Position numbers and translations under genes: made by a program
Part shown: positions 29,110-45,521 of the stretch, piece by piece
How the letters are laid out: every line of letters starts with the position of its first letter
Position numbering within the stretch: position 1 is the stretch's first letter
The notes under the pieces: generated by a model
The model's database searches: none
The model's input: the letters and a program-made list of their open reading frames with translations, nothing else
Told to the model about the DNA's origin: nothing
From: the human T2T-CHM13v2.0 reference genome, Homo sapiens
Direction: 5' to 3' (one strand)
Assembly: GCF_009914755.1 (NCBI RefSeq)
Contig: NC_060940.1
Length of the DNA: 64,000 bases

Positions 29110-29310
29110 GCAGTGCTTTCCAGGCGCTACCTCTGTGCCAAACATAGTGCTAAGCACTTGACATAAATTAACTCACTTAATCTTCACAACAAGACAGAGA
29201 TAAATGACTGTTATCCCCATTGTCCAGATGGGAATACCGAGTCACAGAAAGATGCAGTAACCTGCCTGAGGTCACACAGGAGGAGCTGAGATTCAAAACT
29301 CACTCAGCCA
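29110..29310 (-). mobile_element. MIR
   Basis: aactcacttaatcttcacaac...gcctgaggtcacacag. Confidence 0.75.
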
Positions 29311-29367
29311 GATGCTAAATGAGTTTAATCCAGAGTTGGAGAGGAGAGAGTGGTCATAGAAATCTCT

Positions 29368-29680
29368 TTATCTCTTTTTCTTTTTTCTTTCTTTTTTTTG
29401 AGATGGAGTCTCCCTCTGCCGCTCAGGCTGGAATGTTGTGGCACAATCTCATTCACTGCAACCTCTGCCTCCCCGATTCAAGCAATTCTCCTGCCTCAGG
29501 CTCCCAAGTAGCTGGGATTACAGGCGTGCACCACTACGCCTGGCTAATTTTTACATGTTTAGTAGAGATGGGAGTTTCACCATGTTGGCCAGGCTGGTCT
29601 CGAGCTCCTGACCTAAAGTGATCCCCCACCTCGGCCTCCTAAAGTGCTGGGATTACAGGCATAAGCCACCACGTCCAGCC
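29368..29680 (-). mobile_element. AluS
   Basis: Full Alu; TSD agaaatctc(t/a)tt. Confidence 0.94.
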
Positions 29681-30227
29681 AGAAATCTCATTCAAAGATG
29701 TGTCATATACATGGAGTCCCTAAGAATAAGAAAAATTTCCACAAATGAATGAGGTGTGTGTGTTGAGTGGGGAGGATGATTATTTCAGGCAGAAAAAAAT
29801 TGAAGAGGAGAGGACTTGAAAAGAGAGGGGTGGGAGCGCTGGTCCCAGGAATCAAAGGACATCAGTATAGTTGGAGGACAAAGAACAAAAGTGGAGAGAG
29901 ACAATGGTGCCGGAGAAAGTGGCAGAACCGAACAACTTACAGGTTGAGCTAATGACACAAGGGTGTGTGCTGAGCATAATGAGAAAGTCCTGAAGGTGTA
30001 GCGGATATGAGTGTTTCTCCACCACAGTAATTAAGTACATGAAATATCGTAGCATTTCCCACTTTGTCCCTATTAATAAATTAAATCCGACTCTGAGCAC
30101 CTAGCCTGGCAGGAAACCCAATCGGAATTATTGTTGGAATTTCTTTGTCCAAATCCCCCCAGGATCTTGCAAAAGTCTCAGGAGGCTTACACAGTCCAGA
30201 CTTCTGGGTCACACCTGTCACCTGACA

Positions 30228-30727
<500 letters not shown>

Positions 30728-31377
30728 TGATAACATGTTACTTTTGCAATTATTTGAGGCCCCTTGAAGCTATACATCAGTGCTACTTCCCTCAGCTTTG
30801 GACTTAGGGTCTTTAGCAAGTCTTGTGCCTTAGCATCTCAGCCAGCCCCCCTACATGTTCCATGTCACCATTTTCCTAAGTCTGCCACTTCCCAAGGGCA
30901 CCACAGGGAACCAGGGCTCAAGACAGAACCCCAAAACCTGTCCTCACTTTTAAGAACACTCTGCCAACTCAGATCACTTCAGTCTCCACTCAGCAAATAT
31001 CTCTTCATCTCCGAACTTTGCTTTTGGACAAAAGAAGCCACAGGTGACTGAAATGCACCTTGCACATCAATTTGAGGAAAAGGGAGGCAGATGGTTCTTA
31101 TTTTTTCTTTAACAGCAGCAAAAAATAAAACACATAGCACTAACTCAATACATTATCCTGCAGGGGAGTGACATGGTCAGATTTATGTTCTATAAAGATC
31201 TCTCTGGCCACAGTGTAGAAAATAGATTATGTGAAGGGGGAAGGGGGGTCAAGAGGGAATGTGGAAATACCAAATAGAAGGCTATTTCAGAGTCCAAGAG
31301 AGAAATAACAATAGCCTGAAATGTCGGTGCAGATAAAAAAAAAAAAAACAGACACATCGAAAAGATATTTGGAATAT

Positions 31378-31846
31378 TGTGGCAGACATCAATAGCTGCC
31401 GGCTCCAGTACCCACTCTCCTTATGACTAATAGATCCCAATTATGTCCTGGTTGGCAAAATGTGTGTTTAAAAATACTTCCCAATCTTCCTTGCAAATAA
31501 GGGTGACTATATAATTCAGTTGTGGCCAGTAAAATATAAGAAGATACCAGGTGAGGTTTCTGGGCTTTTAAAAAGAAACAGACTGGATGGCTTCTATTTT
31601 TGCATTTCCTTCATGCTTTGCCCTTTGTCCTGCCTGGAATGTGGGTGCCATACTAGGAGGTACAGCAACCATCTTGGGGCCATGAGGGAATAAGCGTAAT
31701 ACCAAATACACTGATGGTATCATAGAGCTGTTAAATAAGCCCTAGGCTGACTCACTCCAGATTTCTTGTTGCTTGAAAAAAATAAACCTCTTTTTATTGG
31801 TCAGAGTGATTGAATTTCCTATTACATGCCATCCCTAATTGATTCA
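31378..31846 (+). mobile_element. MLT1J-like LTR
   Basis: tgtggcagac...cttccttgca...cctgcctggaatgtgg...ctaattgattca. Confidence 0.65.
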
Positions 31847-32184
31847 GATATAGACCCAACAAAATTTAGAGTGGATTGAGACGTGGTAGTTCAGAAGTGG
31901 GCGTCAGCACCTCTGGAGAACTCCAGTCAAACCCACCACAGAAACTCCAACCTCACCATAAAGCAAGTTAAGCCAAAAGTGAAGCTCAAAGAAGCTGTAA
32001 TGTTTAATAGGGGGAAATATATTTGGGTCATAAACCTATTTCCTCCAAAATATTAAATCAACAGTAGAAGAACCCTCCACCTCTCTGGGCCGATGTGTTT
32101 ACAAGCAGAGGGGATTATGGCCCAAAGCTCTGGCAAAAAACAAAAAACAAAAAGTAGATTTACTAGGGAACTCCAGGGCTGCAT

Positions 32185-32425
32185 TTTACTAGCTAAGAGC
32201 ACAGGCTTCAGAATCATAAATAGCTGGGTTCTAATCCCTGCTCCATCATGTACTAGCTGTGTGTTCCTGGGTCATGTCACTTTACCACTCTACACTCAGT
32301 TTACTCATCTGTAAAGTGGAGTTTGTAATATGTGATTTCATAGAGTGTTGTCATGAGAATTGAATGAACTAATACATATAAAGTAACTGGCAGAATCTGG
32401 CATGTATAAGTGCACCCAAAAATGT
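32185..32425 (+). mobile_element. MIR
   Basis: taagagcacaggc...tactagctgtgtg...ctcagtttactcatctgtaaag. Confidence 0.8.
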
Positions 32426-32859
32426 AAGACTCCTTCCTCCATTCCTTCTCCCACTAGCTTCTTTCTCTCTTCCCAGGTTCTCCCCCTCTTCACCTACCAC
32501 AGGGAGGCATTGCCTTTTCCAAAGACTGAACTACTAAGGCACAGCTCAACCTTTCTAGGGATAGAAATGCTACCATCCCATTTTACAGACAAAGAAGCAG
32601 GACTCAGGTAATCAGAGTAGGGCCTGAAACTGAGGTTTCCTGCCATTCAGCCTCATGCTTTCTGCCCCATGAAACTGCTTGCATTTGTAATCTCTCCACT
32701 GAGAGATCAGAAAACTGGACACAGGAAACAGATGCTGGGAAATAATATGAGGAGTGCTGACAGGACCTGAAACCGTTCACTGGGCTCCATTCCTCTAGGA
32801 TGCTGTAATCCCTTGACTCAATCCATATTTTGGAGTACTGATAGTGCACCATGACTATC

Positions 32860-33272
32860 AGAAACTATTGGCTATCCACAAGATCTACTCTTCCTTCCAC
32901 CTATGCACCAGGTATACTACAGTTCCCAGATTCCCTTGCAGTTGGTGTGGTCATGTGATAAGTTATAGCCAATGAAATGACAGCAGAAGTGATGACGTAG
33001 GCCACTTCCAGGTCTGGTTCCTAAAGCCTACCGTGCTTGATCCTCCATCTTTTTTTTCTCTTCTGCTGGTTCTTAGAAATGTTATAGGACATTAAAAGAT
33101 GGAAGAGCCACAGACTGGAAGGAGTCAGTCTCTGAATGGTCCTGTGCAGATAAGCCTCCCTGTTGATTTGAACACTCAATCAGGACTGTTACATAAGTAA
33201 ATAATACACATCAAATGTGTTAATCCATTCCACATTTGAGTCTACCTGTGATTACAATACAGCCTAATCTAC
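32860..33272 (+). mobile_element. MLT1I/J-like LTR
   Basis: cccttgcagttggtgtggtcatgtga...gccaatgaaatg...agcagaagtgatg...ccacttccagg. Confidence 0.65.
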
Positions 33273-33359
33273 TCCAAGTAGCACGCATGCCAAACCATGA
33301 CTGAAAATAAGATGAAAGCATGAATATGCCCAGGAGAATTCAAATTTGGAGCCTCATTT

Positions 33360-33960
33360 TTTTAATGTTTATGATTTTGATTTTTGGAGAACTTTAAAAT
33401 AAATCAGTAATATTTGCACAAAGTAAACGTGACTGCATTACAAAAGCATATGCAGTAAAAACTGAGTTTCCTTTCTACCCTGAACCTCAAGTTCCCCAAT
33501 TCCCCCTTCAGGAAAGAACCACAATAACTAAATTCTTGGATATTCTTTTAGAAATGTTCTACATCTGTACAAATATACAGTATAGATCCCCATGTACTTT
33601 GTTATATATATATATGTATGTATAGTGTGTGTGTGTTATTCTATGCACCAGAAATATATAAATATATATAAATAGATTGTGTGTGTATATATATATGACT
33701 GTAGTATATGATTGCATATACTCTTTTTCACCATTAGTGTTTTCCCGTAACCATGTATCTTGAAGAGCGTCTTTGTTCAGTACACAAAAAACTTTTAAAC
33801 GAATATGCCATAGGCAATTATATAGATATACTCTTGGTTGTTTTAACAGGTTTCCTATTAATGGATATTTATGTTGAGACCTTTAGGTAATTTCCAATAG
33901 TTTGACATTGCAAACAATGTTGAAATGGGTATCCTTGTGCACATAGCTTTGCATGCAAGT
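33360..33960 (-). mobile_element. Old L1M 3' fragment with TA/TG low complexity
   Basis: cctattaatggatattta...tttccaa...tgcaaacaatg...atccttgtgcacata. Confidence 0.55.
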
Positions 33961-34223
33961 CCTTAGAACCAAACCATATCACGTTGGGTATGCTAATTAC
34001 ATACCAATAAAAATATTAAACAACAAGCAGGAAAAGAAAACATAAAGAAGATTTGGTCCAGAAATTTGTAAGGACACGTGGGGATTACAATCGAGATGAG
34101 ATTTGGGTGGGGACACAGAGCCAAACCATATTAGATGGAGTATGCCAATTACATACCAATAAAAATATTAAACAACAAGCAGAAAAAAAAAAACAATATG
34201 CAGAAGCTTTGGCCTAGAAATGT

Positions 34224-34593
34224 CTGTGTCCCCATCCAAATCTCATCTCCAATTATAATCCCCACATGTCAAAGGAGGGACCTGTAATCCCTACATGTGG
34301 AGAAAGACAGTCGATTGGATAATGGGAGCAGTTTCCCCCATGCTGTCCTCATGATAGTGAGTGAGTTCTCACAAGATCTTATGGTTTTATAAGTGGTTGA
34401 CAGTCCCTCCTTCACACACCCACACTTACTCCTAAAGTCTTCTGAAGGCACCTGCTTCCCCTTCTGCCACAATTGTAAGTTTCCTGAGGCCGCCCCAGCC
34501 ATGCCGAATTGTGATTCAATTAAATCTCCTTTGTTTATAAATTACGCAGCCTTGGGTATTATCTTTATAGAAGTGTGAGAGTAGACTAATACA
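34224..34593 (+). mobile_element. MSTA-like LTR with rearranged 5' end
   Basis: ctgtgtccccatccaaatctcatc...gtaagtttcctgaggc...gactaataca. Confidence 0.88.
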
Positions 34594-34599
34594 CAATCC

Positions 34600-35870
34600 C
34601 ATAGAGACATAAGATTATTCTGCTTATCTGTTTGTTTGTTTTCTTAAATGAGCTTTTGTAGTTTGTGCCATTCAAGGAAATTTTCCATTTCATCTAAGTT
34701 GCCCAATGTATTAGCAAAAAGCTGTTCTTAATATCCCCATATGATCCTTTTAATAGCTATAGAATCTGTAGTGATTATATATCTCTGTGCCTTTCATTCT
34801 TGATATCGGCAATGTGTACCTTCTCTCACTCTCTGTGGGTTTATAGTTTTCACCAGATTTGGGAAATTGCTGGCCATTATTTCTTTAAATATTTTTTCAT
34901 CTCACTCATTTTGTCCTTAGGGCACTCTGACTAAACGTGTTCAGCTGCTGTTCTCCATTCATTTTTTTTCTAATCTTCTTTCTCTCTGTGTTTCATTTTG
35001 GGTAGTTTCTACTGCTATGTCTTCACGTTCATTCATCTTTTCTTCTGCTATGTCTAAGTTGCTCTTGATTCCATGCAGAGCATGTGTATATTTTTTGAAT
35101 CATAGTCACTATAGATCTTATCTTCAGAAACACAATTTGAGTCTTTTTTAGGATTGCCAGATTTAACAAATAAAATACAAGACTCCCAGTTAAATTTGAA
35201 TTTTAGATAAATGGTGAACAATTTTTAGAGTATATGCAATAGTTGGGACACACGCTAAAAAAATGTACTATTTGTCTGAAATTCAAATTTGACTGAAGAG
35301 CTTTCATTTTATCTGGAAACCTGAGTCTTATATTTTACATATTTCTATTTACAGTACTCAACCTTACTGCTAGTTTCTTGAATATATAGAACACAGTTAT
35401 AACTCTTTTAATGTCCTTGTTTCTCAATTCTGCCACCTGTGTTATTTCTCAGTAGGTTTTAATTGATTGATATTTCTCCTCATTATGGGTCATATTTTTC
35501 TACTTATTTTCATTCCTGGTCATTATTTGTTGAATGGCAGACGATGTGAATTTTACCTTATTGGATGCTGGGTATTTTTATATTCCTATGAATATTTTTG
35601 AACTCTCTTCTGGGATCCAGTTAAGTTAGGGAAAACAGTTTGGTCCTTTTGAGTCTTGCTTTTAAACTTTCTTTGGCAGGACTGCTGAGTACTCCTTCTA
35701 GAACTCTACCCAGTGTCCAAGGATTATTGTAAGGTTTTCCACTCTGGCTGGTGGGAACAGGAACTATTCTCAGCCCTGTGGAAGCTCCCTCATTGTTCTT
35801 CTAATCCTCTCAAGTGGTTTTTCCTTGATCTCTGATGGTTTCCTTTTCCTGACATGCATGGGCTGATCAT
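34600..35870 (-). mobile_element. Old L1M internal/5' fragments
   Basis: ttccatttcatctaagttg; ggccattatttctttaaatattt; T-rich antisense L1 composition. Confidence 0.55.
35149..35323. mobile_element. MER53 palindromic MITE
   Basis: ggattgccagat...cagttaaatttgaatt / aattcaaatttgactg...atctggaaacc inverted arms; gagtctt on both flanks. Confidence 0.85.
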
Positions 35871-35918
35871 GACTCAACTGAAGACAAGAAGGGTCCTTTA
35901 CTAAACTCCAGATCTCTT

Positions 35919-36021
35919 TCCTCCTCCTCCTCCTCCTCTTCCTTCTCCTCCTCCTTCTCGTATTCCTCTTCCTCCTCCTCCTCTTCCTCCTCGTCTTCCT
36001 CCTTCTCCTCCTCCTCCTCCC
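35919..36021 (+). repeat. Imperfect (TCC)n repeat
   Basis: Directly visible. Confidence 0.92.
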
Positions 36022-36779
36022 TACTCTCTGACCTGTGAACTCTAGTACTTTGCCCTGAGAACTTTAGCTGCTTCGCCCTCCCCCGACTCCCAACCTTATT
36101 TCTTCAACTTAGAGAGTCCACTGGGCTCCGCCCAGGTTTCCCTTCTCTGTGCTGTGGACCATAAATGCCCTCCCGGCAGTAACCTCTGGCCTCCTGCTCA
36201 GCCTTGTGTGACCCAGTCAGCCCATTTGGCTTCAAGGGATCCTCTTGTGTATGTGCGCACCCTGAGAGTCTTGGGTTTCATCCTATAAAGACTGTGCCAG
36301 GTCTGCCATCCCAAGGATACAGCAAGTAACAACTCCACTAAGTGGCCTGAAGGGTGTTAGAATGGCAGCCTTTCTCAGATCTTCACTGGGGAATTAAGGA
36401 ACTATGAGTCTAAAGAAGAGGTAGAAAGAAGAAAAACTCAGCAGGCAAGAGTCAGCACACATGAGCTAGATCATCTCTGTTGCAGAAAAGGGAACCGGGG
36501 AGTGGCTGCTGGGAGGCAGGGGTGGAAGCATTGGAGGGCAGAGTGCCAGGAGCCTGCAATATCACATGTAAAATGAAATGCCAGTATCAAGGCTCTGAAG
36601 GGCTCTGACAGGCAATCAGTACCCCAGCTGAGATGGGAGCAGGTGTCTCCTCCCCAGGAAGGGCCACAGGGATGGATGTCAAGAGGAGATAGGAAGCAGG
36701 AGGAAGAAAGAGTGTCACATGCTGGCTGGAAAGTTGAGAATTCTTGCCCCATGTCTGGGGAGTGCAGCGAGAACCCTGT

Positions 36780-37230
36780 AGTTTTGCCTGCTCAACCTTC
36801 ATCCCTTCACCTCTTCTGGAAATACCATTTTGATTTTCCTTTGGGGGCTCCCTCCCTCACTCTCAGTCCATGTAGTTCTAAGGAGATTGACCCATTGCCA
36901 GGCTCTACATGTGGGCATGTGACTCAAGCCAGCCCCAGCAAAGCCAAACCAGGAACTTTTGTGAGAGCCATAAGAAGATACTGTTTTTACTAAGGTTGCT
37001 AAGTTGGTAGGATATAAACATGACATTGCAGACAACCAACTAGGCACTCTGCAGTGAAATTCTCCATGATACTAAAGTCAACGTAGAGGGAAGCAGAACC
37101 AGAGGGTAGAGGAAGATTCCTGAGGACATTTTTGAACACCTAGACCCAGCCATACCTGAACCCATAGCCTCCTAAATGTCTTATTTTAGTGAGACAATGA
37201 GTTCCCCTTTTAAAATTAAATATATTAAAC
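36780..37230 (+). mobile_element. MLT1K/L-like LTR
   Basis: gggcatgtgactcaagcc...cacctagacccagccatacctgaa. Confidence 0.6.
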
Positions 37231-37538
37231 TCTTACAAGTAGAGATTGCTATAAATATGCTTCTAACGTGTACCCCTAGACTCAGTTCTTGAATAAAGAA
37301 CTAGAATTTTTTAGCTGGAAGCTCTGCCACTCTCCCCGCTCCTCAGGAGACTCACTCTTGAAGGTGGCCAAGCATCAAAGGTGTCTTGTCTGCTCAGGCT
37401 GGCTCTGGCCACATGTTGCTGGGCCTTGCCCAGAGTTCAGCTTCTCAGTTGGGATCCCTGGAGGGCTCTTCCCATTGCTCTGGGTCTCTGGGGGGTGTAT
37501 TTGCAAGTCCCATCTCCTCAAATTTTACCTACAGACAC

Positions 37539-37830
37539 TTTTTTTCTTTCGAGATGGGGTTTCATTCTGTCACCCAAGCTATAGTGCATTGGCATGATTT
37601 TGGCTCACTACAACCTCCACATCCTGGGATCAAGCCATCCTCCCATCTCAACCTCCTGAGTAGCTGGGATTACATGCACCACCACGCCTGGCTAATTTTT
37701 GTATTTTTTATAGAGACAGGATTTCGCCATGTTATCCAGGCTGGTCTCAAGCTCCTGGGCTCAAGCAATCTGCCCCTGCCTCAGCCTCCCAAAGTGCTGG
37801 GATTACAGGTGTGAGCCACCACGCCCGGCC
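37539..37830 (-). mobile_element. AluJ
   Basis: ctcctgggctcaagcaatc diagnostic; TSD cctacagaca. Confidence 0.92.
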
Positions 37831-37869
37831 CCTACAGACATTTTAATATCATTGTCTATATTTAAAAAA

Positions 37870-38090
37870 AAAAAATCAGATGTTTAACTTTTCTTAAAAT
37901 CAAGAGAACTGGGAAATTTGGTCCCAGGGGTCTTCATGGAGGTAAGGAGCAGCTTCTCCCCTTACACTGACCAGGTGCTCTCCAGTTTGCCACAGTCCTC
38001 CCCATCCCCTGTCATATCCCATCCCGGCCCATGTCATGCACTTTTCTTGCCCACCTGGCACCTTCACGAAGGTGAGTCCGTGAGACCTTT
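37870..38090. mobile_element. MER102-like fragment (opposite orientation to the 18570 copy)
   Basis: gctctccagtttgccacagtcc. Confidence 0.5.
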
Positions 38091-38302
38091 ACAGTGAGAG
38101 AGCTGAGCCCAGGCCTCCAAGGGGTAGGGGCAGTTCACCTGGAAGGAGGAAGACAGGGGAAGGACTTCTCTTTATCTGGGATGCTCTATGTTCCAGGCAA
38201 GATATCCAGCACAGGCAGTAATGATCTGAAAAAGATGGGCTCTGCTCACAGCCTGGTGAGGGAGACAGATGTGTAAATCCCAGCATCTCTGTCTTTCCCA
38301 TG

Positions 38303-38728
38303 GCTGTAGTGTGGTTCCTTTGATTCTCCAAATCTCATGTTGAAGTGTGATCCCCAGTGTTGGAGGTGGGGCCTAATGGGAGGGGTTTTGGTTATTGGGG
38401 TGGATCCCTCATGAATGGCTTGGTGTGTCCTCATGGTAATCAGTGAATTCTTGCTCTATTAGTTCCTGAAAGAGCTGGTTACTAAAGGGAGCCCAGTACC
38501 TCCCTCCCTCTTCTGCTCCTTCTCTCACATGTGATCTCTGCACACAACAGCTCCCTTTCACCTTCCGCCATGAGTGGAAGCGGCCTGAGGCCCTCTCCAG
38601 AAGCCCAAGCAGATGTGGTCACCATGTTTCTTGTACAGCCTGAAGAGCCATGAGCCAAATAAACCTCTTTTTTTATAAATTTCCCAGCCTCAGTCATCCC
38701 TTTCTAGCAACACAAATGGACTAAGACA
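38303..38728 (+). mobile_element. MSTB-like solo LTR
   Basis: aaatctcatgttgaagtgtgatccccagtgttggaggtggggcc...ggactaagaca. Confidence 0.88.
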
Positions 38729-38936
38729 CCACCGAAGTGCCCAAGATGGCAGAGTACAACCATCTCATGCCACTGAGATGAAAGTTCTGGAGAGGAGTTG
38801 GAAATGAGCTATGAATGTGAACATGATATTTCTTGCAAGCCTCATGTTCTCACATGAAAATAGGCATAAAACTTTTATATTCAACCTCTTCATATTAAAA
38901 AAAAAGTTTTACTCAAAAAATAAAAAATTTTAAAAA

Positions 38937-39268
<332 letters not shown>

Positions 39269-39419
39269 TTATACAATTGAGATTCCAGCAAAATGAGCCT
39301 TGTTTATCCTGAAACCTCCTGTGTTCTCCTGACAAATGGAGGTGAACCCCAGGAGTTATAGGTACCCCACTTTGCGAAGCAGACATAAAATAGAAAATGA
39401 TAATGAATGTAGTAAGTCC

Positions 39420-39850
39420 TGTACCAGACACTGTCCTGTGTTGCGACATTTGCACTGGCTCTTTGACTGCCTGGAAGGATCTTACCCCCAGATGCCTCCA
39501 TGGCTCACTCTTTCATCTCCACGTTTTTGTGCAAGCATCACGTCAATGCAGCTCATTGTCGTCACCCCATCTAAATTGCCACTGCCCCTTCTCTGCAACA
39601 CTCCTACATCTCTTTATCCAATTCTTTTTTTCCTCCATGGCATTTGTCACTTTTTAATCACCTTAAATACTTTTCTGATGTCTTGTGCTTACTGTTTATT
39701 TCCCCCTCTGGAAATTAAGCTCCACAAGAGCTGGCATTTTTGTCTGATGTGTTCATTGCTGCATCTCCAGCTCCTAAGACAGAAACTGGCATAGAGCAGG
39801 ACTTTAAGGAGTATTTTTAAAGAAATGAATGAATAAATGAACAAATGGAT
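39420..39850 (+). mobile_element. L2 3' end
   Basis: tttgcactggct...tgcctggaa...taagctccac...gaatgaataaatgaa. Confidence 0.7.
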
Positions 39851-40824
39851 GGTATATCCTCTCCTGGGAGGGAGGACACTCGAGCAGACTTGATCACAAC
39901 ATTGTACATCTGCTTTGTCTAGAAAGGTAAAATATGAAAGTACATGAGGGCTTTTGAAGCCAAAGGACTAAAGGACCATGAGAAGCAAGATATAATCTCA
40001 CTTTGTTCCCCATGCTCTGAATCCTTCTGAGGCTAACCCATCTACCTGCAGTCCCAGACCCTCCCGCCACTGGCCCAGGCTACCTGCAGCTCAAGGCTGG
40101 ACTACACCACAACTTCCTGGACACATCATCACCCGTCCTTGCCTGCTTCCTCCACACTTCTCCCCACCCAAGGCTGGTGCCAGAACAGACAGCATTTTCT
40201 GAATTAGAAAAGGGCACCCCCTAGGGGTTTGTAGCCCCACAGGCACAGGACTTGGTAGACTGACATATGCTGATATTGGATGAACCTGCAAAATTGACCC
40301 CACTCTGACTGCAAGCAAGATGCCCCATGCTGTGTCCCTTATACAAGACACAGCCCTGCACGACTGTTGCTTGGCAGCCCTGTGAACATCCCATCATGGC
40401 CAGAATTTTTTTCCAGCAATTCAGGTGTGCAATAAATGTCACAGTACTTTATTTGTCTAAAATCAAATTAAATCTGACTCTAATCCCCCCATTTCCCCAG
40501 GCTGGAGGGAAATTCAATCATTATTGAAGCTCTCCTCCCACAGTTTCAACAGTTTCCTGGAGGGTCTTAGGAAATAAAAGGAGTAAGTCCTTTAGATGGA
40601 TGCTGATGCCCAGGTCTGTGCATGTTGGGGAGAGGAGACACAAGAAGGGTAACATTCCCAGAAAAGTTTGGAGGACCAGCACCACAGACCATGGGGCCAG
40701 CATGAGCTGTGTCAAAGGCCAGGACTGTACTGTGAGGTTGGAGGAGGGACCTATGCTTTGTTTAAGGTGATGAGTTCATTCTCATATTCTTGCCCTGAAA
40801 CATATTCAGAGACAGCTATTTGAT

Positions 40825-41200
40825 CATCCACCCATCCATCCATTCATCCATCCATCATTCAACAAATACACATTGGGTTTCTACTTTGTGCTAGACCCAG
40901 GGGATATATTGCTGAAGGAAACAGATGCAGCCCCTACTTAACTAGAGCATGCAGGTAGCAGGGAAACAGATAATATGTAAACAACCAAGTGAATATATTG
41001 TTATAAATGGTGATCAATGCTTTAAAAGAAAAAGGAGGATGCTATGCAAGAGAATAACTAGGTAGTTCAGGGCAGCCTTACTGAGGCAATAGGTGAGCCG
41101 ACACCTAGGATGTGACAAGAAGTGAGACAGGCAGAGTGGGTGTGGAGCCTTCTGACCAGCAGGGCAGCAGGAGGAAGGTTCTGCAGCAGGAAAGAGTCTG
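40825..41200 (-). mobile_element. L2 3' end
   Basis: catccatcattcaacaaatac...ctactttgtgctagac. Confidence 0.7.
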
Positions 41201-41309
41201 GGTATGGATGCATTTTTCTCAAGACTGGGGCCACCGCCTTCATCAGGCTCTCAAATTGACCTTGACATCCACTGACTTTAAGAGCCCTAAGCCTTGTCTG
41301 CTTTTATTC

Positions 41310-41600
<291 letters not shown>

Positions 41601-42509
41601 TACTTTCATTCTTTATATATATGCACACTCCTGAGGAAGACTGATGTCATGAAGCAAACTCCAGGACTGAAAATCTCAGGGGTAGAGTGCTGTTTCTATG
41701 ATGTGGCATTTTTACAGGCTCTCTTTCATCCCTTTCTTCTTGCTCGCCCTCCCTCCCCACCTCCCATCCTGACCCCCGCTGAAACACACAGTCACGGGAC
41801 AGGTCCTCAAGTAGGTACAACTCAAAATGCCAGAGCAATGGAGCAGCAGGATTGTGAGGGAGAAACACAGCTTATAAACTGTCTCCCAACCCAGGCAGGT
41901 GCCAGTGAAATGTTTGACAGCTCAGGAGATGGATCGGCAATACGGGTTGGGCAACACTTCCAGGGCAGAACTGAAGCCATCCTTCCTGGGAACGGCCTCA
42001 TAGATAGCCTGCAAACGCTTGTCAGCCCAGCCTCCAAACGCTGTCCCTTGCCATCTCGGTTTCCTCATGGCTCCACTCCAGGCCTCCAGGCCTCTGGGGG
42101 CTCTGTATTGAGCTGGAGTCAGCCTAGGGAGGCTCAGACCCCTGAACACTAGACCCAAAGGAAGACCTCAGGCAGAGGAAATGCCATGAAAGAAATCGCA
42201 GCAGGAGAGATGACTTAGCAAGGGTTTCCAACACATGCTTCTCTGGTTCCTTGAGGTGCACTTAAACTACTATTTTAATAAAATACTTAATACAATTTTA
42301 CAAAGACCACACGCATTGTGTTTTCCATATGCCAGAGACTGTGCCCAATCTACAAACAAGTCAATGCATGTAGATAGATGTCAACCTATATGCATTGACT
42401 CATTTAATCCTCAGGACATCTTATAAGTTAGGTGTTATTAGCTCAGTTTAGAGATGAGCACACTGAGGCGGGAGAGGGTGCAGTCAAGGAGCTGAGACAC
42501 AGCAGAGTG

Positions 42510-42890
42510 AGGCCATCTGGGCTCTCCAAGAAGCAGGTGCTGAGACAGAGTTGGAAGACAAGGAGCTGAGAGGAGATAATGCCTATGAAAGGAAAGAGGC
42601 AGAGGCAGGAGGCTGGAGCCTCAGACAGCTCTGTAGGCTTCACAAGGTTGGATGCAGGAGCTGCAAAGCAAAGGATGCCCATCAGAGTCCCGGGTTGAGT
42701 GGAAACTGCCAGACCCGGCTACCACCACCTTGCTTAGGACTAGAGGTTGTTCCAAAAAGAACAGGACCTCCCATCAGAAGTTGACGCAGATCCTGAAGGA
42801 GGTAATAGCTAGGCACATTCCTCACAGCTGCACAGAGGGTCCTTTCTTGAAGGGAGATCTGAGCGGTACTTCCCGGTGTCCACCATACAG
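42510..42890 (-). mobile_element. LTR16-like ERVL LTR nested in a MIR
   Basis: agaagcaggtgctgagacagag...; MIR halves at ~42400-42500 and ~42890-42935. Confidence 0.5.
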
Positions 42891-43369
42891 AGATAGGATT
42901 TGAATCCTGTTCTTCTGCAGGCCAAGCAACTAACCCCTACGGGAGCCTGCTGCCACTCCCCTAAAGCCTAAAGCCTGAAATGCAGAAGGAACCTCTGAGA
43001 GCCTGCTGTCCACCTGCCTCCCTGTAGAGATGAGCTACAGAAGTTAAGCAACCGGGCCAAGGCCACACAGCAAACCAGTGGTGGGGCTGGGTCTCTTTTC
43101 TTAGAGACAGGACACCAACTAGATTCCTGTGCTGTCTTTCTCCAGGTTTGTCCTGGAACTCGGGTCCACAGGCCTATGATTTGCAAAAGCAGCCATCTGA
43201 TTCTGGCCCCATCCCCACATGCTCTCAGGGACCCTCTGTCCTGAGAAGCAGGGGAAGATTAGGCAAAATCTGAGTTCTCTCACATCCCCAAGCTCTCTTA
43301 GCCAGTTGGAGTAAATGCACTGGGGAGGCTTTGAGGCAAAGGCCAATGGAGGCACACAGGGGAAGGGAA

Positions 43370-45521
<2,152 letters not shown>

